A DNA stretch of 64,000 bases from positions 1 to 64,000 of IMG/VR virus record IMGVR_UViG_3300046467_002136, one strand, 5' to 3'. Below are positions 37,253 through 47,700 of the stretch, one piece after another (position 1 is the first letter of the stretch; every line of letters begins with the position of its first letter). The translations under genes were made by a program, and so were the position numbers. This DNA comes from a virus. The notes beneath the pieces were generated by a model. That model worked only from the letters and a program-made list of their open reading frames with translations, did no database searches and was not told where the DNA came from.

Positions 37253-37552
37253 CTAAAGGACTTCCATATAAAGATTGAGCAACGCGACTTCTGCTGAGGC
37301 GGCATCCACTTCAGCTTTTGTCCCCATGCGCTGCCAAGTTCCATTGATCCGAACCTGAAACTCATCGACATCTTCTATGTAAGCACACAATCCGTCGTGT
37401 TGTGCACTGGCCATTTGACCAAAACCGGCAGAGTTGTTATCTCTTGCTGAGGCATTAGCAAATACACAAATCGATTGCTCCATCAACAGGTCATTTACGT
37501 CGACAGCGGTTAAAACTTCGTTTTGGGCGAATACCTTAAAACCATTAGCCAT
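37253..37552 (-). CDS. Small putative tail protein
   Basis: FK.F...EVLTA.DVN..LM.Q...VFA..SARD, a common actinophage minor-tail N-terminus. Confidence 0.6.
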   Translation of the reverse strand: MANGFKVFAQNEVLTAVDVNDLLMEQSICVFANASARDNNSAGFGQMASAQHDGLCAYIEDVDEFQVRINGTWQRMGTKAEVDAASAEVALLNLYMEVL

Positions 37553-37566
37553 GTTCTGTACCTCCG

Positions 37567-39144
37567 CTATCCGAGTTTATTGACACTGAGTCGTCCAATA
37601 CCCATGTTATCTAATGTTAAATATAGGGCAGTTACAACTGCATGCGTGTAAAAATACCCCATGGGTCTTGCCAATTCTACTGCATCCATTACAGGCGCAG
37701 AAGAATCTCCAACTGTTGTTGAGTCCGGAGTCTCACTGAGCACCGTTTGCAGCAACATGTGCCAGTGGCTCGTGATCTTGTATGTTGACGTAGCGTCTGG
37801 AGTTCCTGCCGCCCAAGAGGCAACTGTTGCGACCTTCGTGCTACCCACATAGTCCGTAATATCTACAGTTGCAGCATTCTGTCCGGTTCCTCCGGTTAGT
37901 TCGATTTGCGAACCGTTGTAATAGTCATCCAAAGCGGACGCAGCAGCAGCTAACGTGATTGTTGTAGCACTTCCCGCTTGAGCCGTTCCAGAATCAAGCG
38001 TTGAGTTCGGATATAGCGCAACCTCTTTGTCGCCACTCAGTACTTGCTGTACAGACTTCAACACGGCGTCTCTCGTACCTCCGTGTACTCCGTAATATCC
38101 GTTTTCAAACTGCCAAGCGATGTAAGCGCCTTCGTCAGTTATCCATGATTCAAAATTACCGTTAGGCGATCCACCGGCAGCATTTTCATTCCCACCTGTC
38201 GCCCACACATTACGTTTTAACGTGGTGCCGATAAATTGCGCCAACCAGGCTTCAGACTCAGTTTTTTGGATTGCAGGAAGACCGTAACCCACATATTCAG
38301 GATCAACTAAAGTACTTCGAGTCCATCGTTCTGTACCGGTTTGGCGTGGATGAAGCTCGGTCAATTCGTAATCAAACCATTGCTTATATCTAGTCAAAGC
38401 CTCGTTGCCTTTAGAGGTCATGATATCAAGCAATTTATAGTAGGGGTATGTTGGATTAGTTTCGGTTGCATCCATATCCCAATAAAATGTTGGTATAAAA
38501 GATTTACCTGTTCGAACATAGTTATTTAGATGAAACGCCGTGTCATCAATAAGCGCACAGGTAGTAATTTGAAATGGCTGCCCTTCATGTCCGCTGACGG
38601 TAATCTGAATTTTCATATTAAAAGTACTGTTGCTGGCAGCTGACTGGTTTTCAACAATTGGGTAGTAGTTGCTACGAAACGAAGTCCACTGGCCTGGAAG
38701 GTTGACCGTCGATTTGAAAGAACTCAAATTTGGATAACCATCCACGAGGATTGTGTAAATGTTTCCAGTTGTGGTGTCTGGATTTGGGATGACAACATTT
38801 CCGAATGATTCGGTCTGCTGACAAATCTCGACTTTTGTGATTATGTCAGAATCCGAAAGAACGTTTCCAGAAAATGTTAGATTGCAATTAAATGCCTTAG
38901 CCGATGTAACTGATTGATTCTCTAACTCGACGACTATAGGGTCAGAATTTGTCGGACCAACATTCATTGCATAGTATGTGGGGGTTAAAGTGTATGTTTC
39001 AAGATCTGTAACTGTGTACGTCCCATTGCCGGACGTTACCGACCATGCAGAAATATACTCATTTGGATTCTGAAAATCCCCGAGTGCGTCCCTCGACGAG
39101 AAGGCTTCGTTGAGCCCTAGCAGATTTACTGTCGTTGCAGCCAT
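37567..39144 (-). CDS. Baseplate wedge/tail protein
   Basis: Follows the baseplate J-like gene; WLAQF.G, ARP.G motifs. Confidence 0.6.
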   Translation of the reverse strand: MAATTVNLLGLNEAFSSRDALGDFQNPNEYISAWSVTSGNGTYTVTDLETYTLTPTYYAMNVGPTNSDPIVVELENQSVTSAKAFNCNLTFSGNVLSDSDIITKVEICQQTESFGNVVIPNPDTTTGNIYTILVDGYPNLSSFKSTVNLPGQWTSFRSNYYPIVENQSAASNSTFNMKIQITVSGHEGQPFQITTCALIDDTAFHLNNYVRTGKSFIPTFYWDMDATETNPTYPYYKLLDIMTSKGNEALTRYKQWFDYELTELHPRQTGTERWTRSTLVDPEYVGYGLPAIQKTESEAWLAQFIGTTLKRNVWATGGNENAAGGSPNGNFESWITDEGAYIAWQFENGYYGVHGGTRDAVLKSVQQVLSGDKEVALYPNSTLDSGTAQAGSATTITLAAAASALDDYYNGSQIELTGGTGQNAATVDITDYVGSTKVATVASWAAGTPDATSTYKITSHWHMLLQTVLSETPDSTTVGDSSAPVMDAVELARPMGYFYTHAVVTALYLTLDNMGIGRLSVNKLG

Positions 39145-40619
39145 TACGCTACCGTGACAGCCGTCATTGTGATCGTTAGGTTACCTTCCGAAAGCTGGGG
39201 CAGCATTCCTTTAGCCAGATATTCTATGTTGCCGCCAGTCACTTGATAGAGAGCGCTGTGTGCTGTTCCACTCGAACTATTGCCCGAAGCAACACTTAAC
39301 GTCACACTCTCGACATAGAGCACACCAGCGACTTCCTGGATGTTAGCAAGAATAGCTCCAGATGTGATTCCCTCGCCATCGACAACTCCAGACCGAACAC
39401 CGTCATATCCCAGTGGCGACAGATATGTCAATACTTTATTTTTAATAGATGTTTCAAGTGCAGCACTATTGTAAACCGAATTGTATTTCAGTACTGCCGC
39501 AACCTCAAGGTCAAAAATGTCCACATCCAAAGTGCCAATTGTCAATCCGGCCACTGAACGATCAGCGACATAGGTAGAAATTTCTTGTTTCTCGGCTGTG
39601 GTCAATTGGCGATTATTGCCATAAGTGAAAAGAGTGATATATCCCAAATCGTTAGCTGCTGCAGCTAAACGCGGATATGCCCCACCCGAATTTGTCAAAT
39701 CATATGCTTTTACGAAGTTAACAAAAGTTTTGTTGCTGATAATAGATTGTTGAGCATGTGCAGCTTTTGTCATAGCCGAAGCCAAGCTTTGGAGATGAGA
39801 TCGGACACGAGTCAAATACGCGAATGGGCGTTCTGGGGCAGATCCATTGACGAAAGATGCGTTCACTTTATAGACGGATGTAGCGTCCGGAGTGCCGGAA
39901 GGCCACGATGCAACTGTCGCAACTTTTGTAGAACCTACATAATCAGTGATTGTCACTTGAGTAGCGCTGTTTCCAGTACCGCTGATAATTGTTAATTTCT
40001 TATTGTTGTAGTAGTCGTCAGTAGCTGATGCTGTGGCCGCTAACGTGATTGACGTGCTCGTTCCAGCCTGTGCGGTTCCAGATTGTTGAGCATAAATTGT
40101 GTCGATTTGAAAGATTACGTTTTGAGAAAAGAATTCCGTACCGGTTGTCACAACTGGATGAAGCGAAACTTCGGTACTAGTTAAAATAACTGTTACTTCC
40201 GCTGGCGTGCCGGACCAGTCCGCTACCGCAATCCCTGTAGTAGTTTCATAGGAGTACTGAGAAGTTTCTCCACCAGCAATTCGCTGATAAAAGAATTGAC
40301 TTCCGGTCGGAATGTCAATACCAACATCTTGATTTAAGGTGAAAGTAACCTCTATCGTGGCTCGGGTGCCTTCACCTTTTTCTATGCCCAACAATCTTCC
40401 CACGCCCTCCATGATGCGTGGAGGGAGCCTGTTGATGTGAGAAATTGTTAAATGACTCATGTGGGCGGCAGCTTGCAAAAGTGCGTCTTCCGGGGTGCCC
40501 TGACGAACCTTGAATTCTGGCAACGTCAGTCGAGCCAACTCAACAGATCCGATATAGATGTCACCCGGAGTCACATCTTCGGGAATCATATCTACATATT
40601 CACTCCAATTTGCTGGCAT
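39144..40619 (-). CDS. Baseplate J-like protein
   Basis: IP.G..F.......Y.T; G...E....Y..R; V.GV..V; position after the gp25-like gene. Confidence 0.7.
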   Translation of the reverse strand: MPANWSEYVDMIPEDVTPGDIYIGSVELARLTLPEFKVRQGTPEDALLQAAAHMSHLTISHINRLPPRIMEGVGRLLGIEKGEGTRATIEVTFTLNQDVGIDIPTGSQFFYQRIAGGETSQYSYETTTGIAVADWSGTPAEVTVILTSTEVSLHPVVTTGTEFFSQNVIFQIDTIYAQQSGTAQAGTSTSITLAATASATDDYYNNKKLTIISGTGNSATQVTITDYVGSTKVATVASWPSGTPDATSVYKVNASFVNGSAPERPFAYLTRVRSHLQSLASAMTKAAHAQQSIISNKTFVNFVKAYDLTNSGGAYPRLAAAANDLGYITLFTYGNNRQLTTAEKQEISTYVADRSVAGLTIGTLDVDIFDLEVAAVLKYNSVYNSAALETSIKNKVLTYLSPLGYDGVRSGVVDGEGITSGAILANIQEVAGVLYVESVTLSVASGNSSSGTAHSALYQVTGGNIEYLAKGMLPQLSEGNLTITMTAVTVA

Positions 40620-40620
40620 A

Positions 40621-40923
40621 TCAGGTACCTCGACGTGAGAAATGGACGGTCACTGTGTTTTCTCCGTTACCTTCATCTATCGAAGTTTCTATAGATTGAA
40701 TCTCTATTTCAGGAACATAGCGTCCTGCGTGAAACAAGAACTGTCCACGATCAATTGTTTTGAACGTAGGGTCTTGAACCCCAAAATCGGGCGTTAAAGG
40801 ATGTGTTCCAGGTTCTGTCCGAGCGGTCACGGCCAATATTTGCTTAAAATACTCATCCTGACTGGGGTACAGCACCTGAAAGCCACCGTTGGTCTCCGTA
40901 AAAGAGATGGGGAATTTCATCAT
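40621..40923 (-). CDS. Baseplate wedge protein (GpW/gp25-like)
   Basis: T.PG..P..PDFG; Y.P.I.I..I. Confidence 0.7.
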   Translation of the reverse strand: MMKFPISFTETNGGFQVLYPSQDEYFKQILAVTARTEPGTHPLTPDFGVQDPTFKTIDRGQFLFHAGRYVPEIEIQSIETSIDEGNGENTVTVHFSRRGT

Positions 40924-40951
40924 GTCAGTAAACCTCCACAGTATTCATAGT

Positions 40952-41806
40952 TTACCCCACCTCAGAACTGGGATTCTGGCCGTTCTCTAGTTCCTCTACC
41001 TTTTGGGCAAGTTCTTTAACTGCCTCTATCAGCACAGGAACTATTGTTCCATAGTCAACCCCGTAAGCATCGGACCACCCGTTAGCGTTCTCAACGTCTT
41101 TGTCCGGGTCATACAACACGGCGGAAGGGATAATAGCAGCAGAGTCCTGGGCGATGATCCCGTATTGGTAACCGTCCATCGTTTGGAATTCTTCAGTAGT
41201 CCCAGCAGGAGTTCGTTTCTTGTATTTCACACCCACTAGACGCTTAATGCGTTCTAACCCATTCGTGAGTGGCTTGATACGGGTTTTCATTCGCTTATCA
41301 GATGAATGACTATGTGAGTTGGCGTTGATGGAATTGAACTGTCCGGTACTCGCGGTAATGCCGTTAGTGACATTCAGGGCAGCTGTACCCGAGCCCGTAA
41401 GAGCAATCTTCTCACCAGTTAGGGTGCCTTCAAATACTGGTCGCGTGCCCCCTTTCCCATCCGTATCAGCAAGAGACACAAAGGCATCTGTCTGACCGTC
41501 TAAACGTCCAAAGCAGACACATCTCTTTAATTTCATATCTAAGAATGCGACCAAAACTCGATCCCCAACGATTAAAGGGTCGATTGGGGACTGGTTGGTG
41601 ACGCTGACTGCACTGAGCGTAGCTCCTATACCCAAAATCTTGATTGATATTTGGCCTATCTTCCTTTTGCCAAGTTTGACTGTTGATGGCACAACGTATA
41701 ATACTTTTGCCTCATAAATGGCGCCCGGTTTGACCGCTCCGGTTGAACCACCTGCCCCAGAACGAAATTTGCTTGGATCAGAAAAAGGTAGACTTGTATT
41801 AGTCAT
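40952..41806 (-). CDS. Baseplate spike-like protein with C-terminal intramolecular chaperone (peptidase S74)
   Basis: OB-like N-terminus (GDRVLVAF); SSDKRMK..I...G.IAQD...VDY...VP.LIEAVKEL. Confidence 0.7.
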   Translation of the reverse strand: MTNTSLPFSDPSKFRSGAGGSTGAVKPGAIYEAKVLYVVPSTVKLGKRKIGQISIKILGIGATLSAVSVTNQSPIDPLIVGDRVLVAFLDMKLKRCVCFGRLDGQTDAFVSLADTDGKGGTRPVFEGTLTGEKIALTGSGTAALNVTNGITASTGQFNSINANSHSHSSDKRMKTRIKPLTNGLERIKRLVGVKYKKRTPAGTTEEFQTMDGYQYGIIAQDSAAIIPSAVLYDPDKDVENANGWSDAYGVDYGTIVPVLIEAVKELAQKVEELENGQNPSSEVG

Positions 41807-42942
41807 TGTGGTTCCAAAACCAATTGTCGCCTGCTTGTATTTCTTCGCGGATCACCCTGATCACCGATGCTGATTTGAGGTATGTCCTTAGCGATACGTT
41901 CAGGAGATCTAAACTGAACAGTAACAGGACCGGTGCCATAGTGTTCGAACGAAACGCTACTAATTAAGTAATATCCGTTAAAATAGGTGGTCCCAAATTC
42001 ATTTCTGTCCATATCCAAGGCTATCGTCATACCCGGTCTTAAAGCCCTTGCATTAAACCGATCGAACATGAGACTTCCGGTTACTTCGAGAGGGTTGTTA
42101 TCGGAACGAGTGGCTGTGGGCATGTCTAAAAGACGGAACGTGTCGAAACTCTCAGCGGAGTCGGAGATTGCTGAAGGCCAACCCACACGGATGTAATTCA
42201 TCCCGACGCGTGTATCTCTTGGCGTGATTGTGTTGAGAGCAATATTTTGATCGTATTTGATACCCCACCGACCTAAAAGCCATTTCTGTGTACCAAACCA
42301 TAAAACATTGTCGGCCTCGAAAAGCATGAACTTAGATGGGTCACCCTCAGGTGTAGAACCGCCCTGGACCTTAACCAGCACATCCCAAAGCGATTCTTTT
42401 GCACCATCGTCTCCTTCAGCCTGCCATTCCGCTTCGGCCTCGTTTGTGTATTGAACTACGGAATCCAAACCGGCCCAACGAGCTGCGTTCTTCACAAAAG
42501 CTGATCCAACACCACCAATAACGCCCTCCGTTTTACATCTCTTTAATTCCTGAACTCCTTTAGGGCGAAGCTGCAAAGTCCAAACTGCTCCAATCCCTGG
42601 TCCTGGACCCATAGTTGCACTAGCAATTTCCATTCTCTGCCAAAGCCGGGTACCGGCTATGGTCGCAGTTTGATGTAAAGCCAACTCGTGTAGTGTCCAA
42701 CTCCTGTACCAAACAGTTCTAGCTATAGCAAAATAGTTGTTTCTAGCCAATACGAATTGATGATCGTGGACCGTAACTGTGACCTGACTCACCATGTCCA
42801 TGCTGTATTCAGTTTGGATAGCCAAAATGGCTTCGTTGATGCCCGACAAGGCATCAGCCATATAAATATCATCCCAAGCTAAGTCGCAGCCCTGTCGGGG
42901 TCCTGCGTGAGCCGGTGCACCGGAATCAGACGTTATAGGCAT
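41803..42942 (-). CDS. Baseplate hub / late-control-D-like protein
   Basis: ES.WD.L; LRPG.TI; F.G.YLISSV.F; position in the tail module. Confidence 0.6.
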   Translation of the reverse strand: MPITSDSGAPAHAGPRQGCDLAWDDIYMADALSGINEAILAIQTEYSMDMVSQVTVTVHDHQFVLARNNYFAIARTVWYRSWTLHELALHQTATIAGTRLWQRMEIASATMGPGPGIGAVWTLQLRPKGVQELKRCKTEGVIGGVGSAFVKNAARWAGLDSVVQYTNEAEAEWQAEGDDGAKESLWDVLVKVQGGSTPEGDPSKFMLFEADNVLWFGTQKWLLGRWGIKYDQNIALNTITPRDTRVGMNYIRVGWPSAISDSAESFDTFRLLDMPTATRSDNNPLEVTGSLMFDRFNARALRPGMTIALDMDRNEFGTTYFNGYYLISSVSFEHYGTGPVTVQFRSPERIAKDIPQISIGDQGDPRRNTSRRQLVLEPQ

Positions 42943-42944
42943 CG

Positions 42945-44732
42945 TTAGTAGCTGTCGACGCCGATATCAGTATCCGGATATGGTCCGGAGTGTAGATTGT
43001 CACCAGGCCCGTGGGGCATCTCCACGAGCGCGCTTGGCAGCCCAGGACTAGATGCTGTGTTTCCAGGTTCTCCCGGCACCGCTGGGCCTGTCATCGGCGG
43101 CATAGACATTTCTACGACTCTCATTTGTTCGATAGGAATTTCTTGCAAAGTCATAGAACATTGTGCGGCAGCGATTTGTTTGTCGCCTTCACCAACCACC
43201 CTACGAGCAGACTTCACAGTGAAATTGGCTATAACAAACTGCATGGCTCGACCTGTTGTTTGAGCCCGCTTCATTTGAATCGCAAACAATTGATCCATTC
43301 CGAAAATGGAAACAGGTAACGGTCGTTGCGCCATCTGACGAAGCTGATCTATATCCCACGACACGTCTTTGTAAAGACCATCGCCCTGACCCGGCTGACC
43401 ATCCAAGTTGTTATGGGCAATCAGAAAATCGAATGAAACTTTCATCAATGCCCAATCTGACCACTCAACTATTGGAAAATCTCCTTTACGGGGTATTTCA
43501 ACCCAGCGAGAACCCAAGCCTTGATAGCTAACAGTGTTTGGAACATTTTTAAAATAGTATTTATGTGGTTCCTCTAGGTATGTGCCAACTTGTTGAATGT
43601 AGGGTTTTTCGCCTGCTTTCTCGGCTGGTTTGGTGTAACCGATTGGGGCGCGAACAATCAGTTTTGATACAGCAGGTGTAGGCGCTGTTATTGTTGCAGG
43701 AGGAGATTTGCTTCCTGATCCTTCGCCTTTCGCAGTGTGTGAAACGTCTGGTCGGATAACTTGAGTTGCTGGTCCTGTCGGAAAATGAGGGTTAGTTACG
43801 CCTCCGTTGCGATACCATGTGATTTGAGACTCCGTGTAACCTGCTTCTATTAACGCATCACGAACGAGTACGTCAACGTTACTTCCAATGCCCGGCGAGC
43901 CATGCGTCCCAACGTTGGCGTGCGTATTTATAACCCCTCCTTCAATCCCTTTCATTAGATCACGGTGTCTCGAATATTTTCCTTGCCACCGGATTCCATC
44001 ACCAGAGGTCGCTAAAAATGGGCGTATTGCCTGAGCTGCCTCAGGAGTAGATATCACAGCTGTAGCCTGTCTGGCACCGGCAGCTGCCCTCGATGCTTCC
44101 CAATTCTCCGGCGATTCTTGAAATGTCGATGGTCCTAGGTGGTTCGCATTGCTGCCTAGGAAGCTGGGTGAAATAGCGTGGGGACCGATCGGACCATACG
44201 GAAGCTGAGCACTGATTCCGGTAGTGGGGAGGCCGCCGCCCCCGGTGTACACCCTGTACTCCTGCTGGGTCATAGCTTTATATTTAGTGTATTGATGAAA
44301 TCCGATAAAGTCCTTCCGGAGCGTGCGGTTACGCTTTTCAGCATAATAAAAAATAGCGCTTGAGGCCGTGGAGTCCATTCCCAAAGCAGGAGCGTTCTCG
44401 CTCGTTCTTTCGAGAATCCACAGCAGTCGACCCAGCCCCTGCTTCTCGTGTTTGTCCGAAAATGTTACGCCAATAGCATCAATACGCCTAAAGACCGCTC
44501 CATTGAATTCCGCTCCGGTGATGGCAGCCGTCATGCCTGGTCCGTAGGAGTATTGGAAACTCTCTAAATCACCCACATTATGATTGAAGTCGTCGAAGCC
44601 CGAATTAATAAGGTTTGAGTCGAATTCATCAAAGTAGATTATGGAGGACCTTGCTGGCCAGTTCGTACCATTAACAAAATTTGCGTATCCCACGTCAGGC
44701 CCTTTCGTAAGTGTCGACTGAGCGGCGGGCAA
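42945..44732 (-). CDS. Tail protein (tube initiator-like C-terminal domain)
   Basis: Follows the tape measure gene; W.EI.R.G..P...F.FL...C.MTL.E. Confidence 0.5.
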   Translation of the reverse strand: MPAAQSTLTKGPDVGYANFVNGTNWPARSSIIYFDEFDSNLINSGFDDFNHNVGDLESFQYSYGPGMTAAITGAEFNGAVFRRIDAIGVTFSDKHEKQGLGRLLWILERTSENAPALGMDSTASSAIFYYAEKRNRTLRKDFIGFHQYTKYKAMTQQEYRVYTGGGGLPTTGISAQLPYGPIGPHAISPSFLGSNANHLGPSTFQESPENWEASRAAAGARQATAVISTPEAAQAIRPFLATSGDGIRWQGKYSRHRDLMKGIEGGVINTHANVGTHGSPGIGSNVDVLVRDALIEAGYTESQITWYRNGGVTNPHFPTGPATQVIRPDVSHTAKGEGSGSKSPPATITAPTPAVSKLIVRAPIGYTKPAEKAGEKPYIQQVGTYLEEPHKYYFKNVPNTVSYQGLGSRWVEIPRKGDFPIVEWSDWALMKVSFDFLIAHNNLDGQPGQGDGLYKDVSWDIDQLRQMAQRPLPVSIFGMDQLFAIQMKRAQTTGRAMQFVIANFTVKSARRVVGEGDKQIAAAQCSMTLQEIPIEQMRVVEMSMPPMTGPAVPGEPGNTASSPGLPSALVEMPHGPGDNLHSGPYPDTDIGVDSY

Positions 44733-47700
44733 TACGATCCATTACTTCATCCGCGATTTCTGCTGGAGATGCGTTATCCCCACCTACAACATTGATTGTG
44801 TAGTTATTGCTTTCCCCGCCTCCGGATTGAGCAGTGGAAGGCACGCCGTGTAGGTGTCGTGTTCTTCCTGAGCCGTGCATGTCGGCGTAGCCGCCAGCAT
44901 TACGAATACCGGTCATTACTGACCCTAAGTTGCTGCCGGACTGGTCAAACGCTCCACCGTAAAGATGGTCGGAATTGCTTGAACCTAAGCCTCCTTGTAG
45001 GCGACCACGCATGGCGACCACTCCGCGACGCGGTGTAGAAGTATCGCTGGTTTGTCTCCAAACATCAATTGCAGTAACGAGATCAGTTACCCCACCAATG
45101 AAGCTTGCGACAGCACCTTCGAACTTGTCTTGAGGGGCCATCAGGTCCTCTTTAGTCATTTGGGCTAGATCGAAATTGATGCCATGCTCTGCCAGTCTTT
45201 CCTTCAGAACGCCAGCTGTAAGGAATGCCCCAGTGTCTGTGTCGCGATAAAAATCTCTCTCCAGCAGCCCGGAACCCTCAATACCCCTCATGTCTCCAAG
45301 CTGTGAATAAACGCCCGACAGGCTTGAACCACTGACTCCAGCTCCGAGGATTGAACTGAATATGATTTCAGCAGCATCAAATTTTTGTAATGCGGCACTT
45401 CGATCATTACCGGCAAGAGCACCCTGGACACCGTCGATACTGCGAAACTTCGACTCCAGCCCCCCGAGCATCTGGCCTTCTCCGAAGACTAGACCACCGG
45501 GACCAAACAAGCTTTGCATCTGCCGTGAACCAGCGGTTCCAGATCCGGTGAGCGTTGTCATAGCTTGAAAAACGTTTCCAAATTCAGTTAGTACAGTTTT
45601 CTGATCATCGTCAGAAATGGGACCGTCCTTTTTGAGAATGTTTCTAATGTTTTGAGATGCTTCATCAAGCGTGTGCGGAGCGTCGATTCTTTCGATGGCA
45701 TCTCGCATGCCTTGCTGTATCGCAACTCTGCGATCTGCTGAAGCTGCCTGTAGTTCTCTTGTGTCATTTATTAGTGCCCCAGATAGGGAAATCGCCAAAG
45801 CACCCCACCCGGCGGTAGCGCTATAAAGTTCAGTGTTGGTGGCACCAGCCATAGCCAGAATTGATTCTTCGCCCATATTGAATGCGTCACCTAAGACACC
45901 TAGATTTATTGCCGTCCGGTCAATCACTGTATCGATCTTGCCCAAGTCATTGCTCAGTTGAACGGCCAAGGCGGCGACGAGAGACCCATAGTCTTCCTCT
46001 TTAAGACCAGGCTCAATCATGTGGGCAAACGCGGGATCATTCTGCAGACGATTTATAATTGCAGCCTGTTGGCCCGTATCGCCTGACAAAGCTGCATCGA
46101 AAAGATCATCGCGATACCCTCCTGCCGCACTATCCGCCATAGTCTGTTTGACTGATCTAGTTGTTAGAGCAGATCCACCTCTACCCTCGACATTGACTTT
46201 GAGTTGAGACGCTATGGCGTCTATCATCGCGTCGGAAATAGCGCGACCGGCTTCTTGGGCCAGCCCTCTCGCAGCAGCCGATTTTCTAGCTCCGGCAGTT
46301 AACCATCCATAAGCACCGCCGATTATGGCACCACCCAAGGCACCCCACGGGCCTGCGTACAGGCCAATAGCGGCACCACCTGCGGCGCCACCCAATGCCG
46401 AGTGCGTTTGATTTTGGCTAGTGGCAGCCAAACCAAGTCCGGCGATACCTGCACCGATTTGCGGACTCATGAACGCAGCCGCTCCACCTAAGGCCATTAC
46501 GCCTTGAGACTCTTCACCTACTCGACTTGAAAGCATCCCCAGCCCCATGCCAAGGCCAACCCTTGCACCCATGCTGCCAGCGAGTTTTCCACGGAAAGCT
46601 TCGCTTGGCTGTCGAGCAGCACGCAGACGGGAACCGACCTGTCGTTGCCACATCGTGCCCGTCTTTCCAGCGGCCAACTGCTCCGAACCCACCCGTTGGC
46701 GGAAACTCATAGATTTCATACCTTGCGCGTTCAACGCCGCCCGGTTACCCGCATTGAGTTGTCCTTGTCCGGTAACTCCAGTGGCACCAGCCCCCCCTCC
46801 GGCTACATTCACTTGACCGGCAGTTACATTCATTGTTTGTGTTTGTTTCATGAACAAGAAACCGCCAGCCCAATTTTTAAGCTTGCTCAAAATCACCATT
46901 GCGGCTGCCAACAACCCGTAAGCGCCAGCACCGTCTCCGACGGCACCGAGCATTCCGCGACCCCCACGAATAACGTTGGTCAACATATCTACGATGCTTT
47001 TAACACCACCCAAAATTCTGTTTATGAACGGCAAGGCTTCAAAGAAGAGCGCTTTTAATTCGTTTTGGAAATTACCAAACGCAGCAAATAGTTCGCCTAG
47101 GCGTGTACCGAATGCTCGAACTCCGGATTCATTTTCCTGCAACATCTCATTGAAGGTGCCGAAGGACTCTCTTATGTAGTCGCCGATTGCTCCGAATATG
47201 TTTCCGAACATGCCTTCGAGAACTCTGGCTCCGTCAATGAGGGGACGCAACCGATCCAAGACGTTGTTCCAGCCGTCAACAAAACCTTTCCAACGATCAG
47301 CGATTCTTCCGAACATGCCTTCGACTTCTGGTCCGCGACGAACCAGAGAGACGAACATGTCCGTAGCTTTTTCTGCGAAACCAGTTATGGAAGCCAGGAA
47401 AGGACCATTACCGAATTCCATAAGGGGTAACCACACTCTAGACATGGAGTCACGGAATATTCTCGTAACTTCTTCTAAGCGCACCTTAAGCGGCCCCAAA
47501 AACGCTTGACCTAAGTCGGCAAAATCCGCCCTAATTCCTGTAAAAGCTGACTTAAATTGACCAATGAGAGTGCCGCTAACGGCTTTCCATTGGCCCGTTA
47601 CGCCGCCCGCAGCGGCCAACGATCCGTCCGACAAGGCTGCCTGTAGCTGTTCGCGGGAAGTAATACCCAAATCTTTCATAGCTTGCTTCATGGGTTCCCC

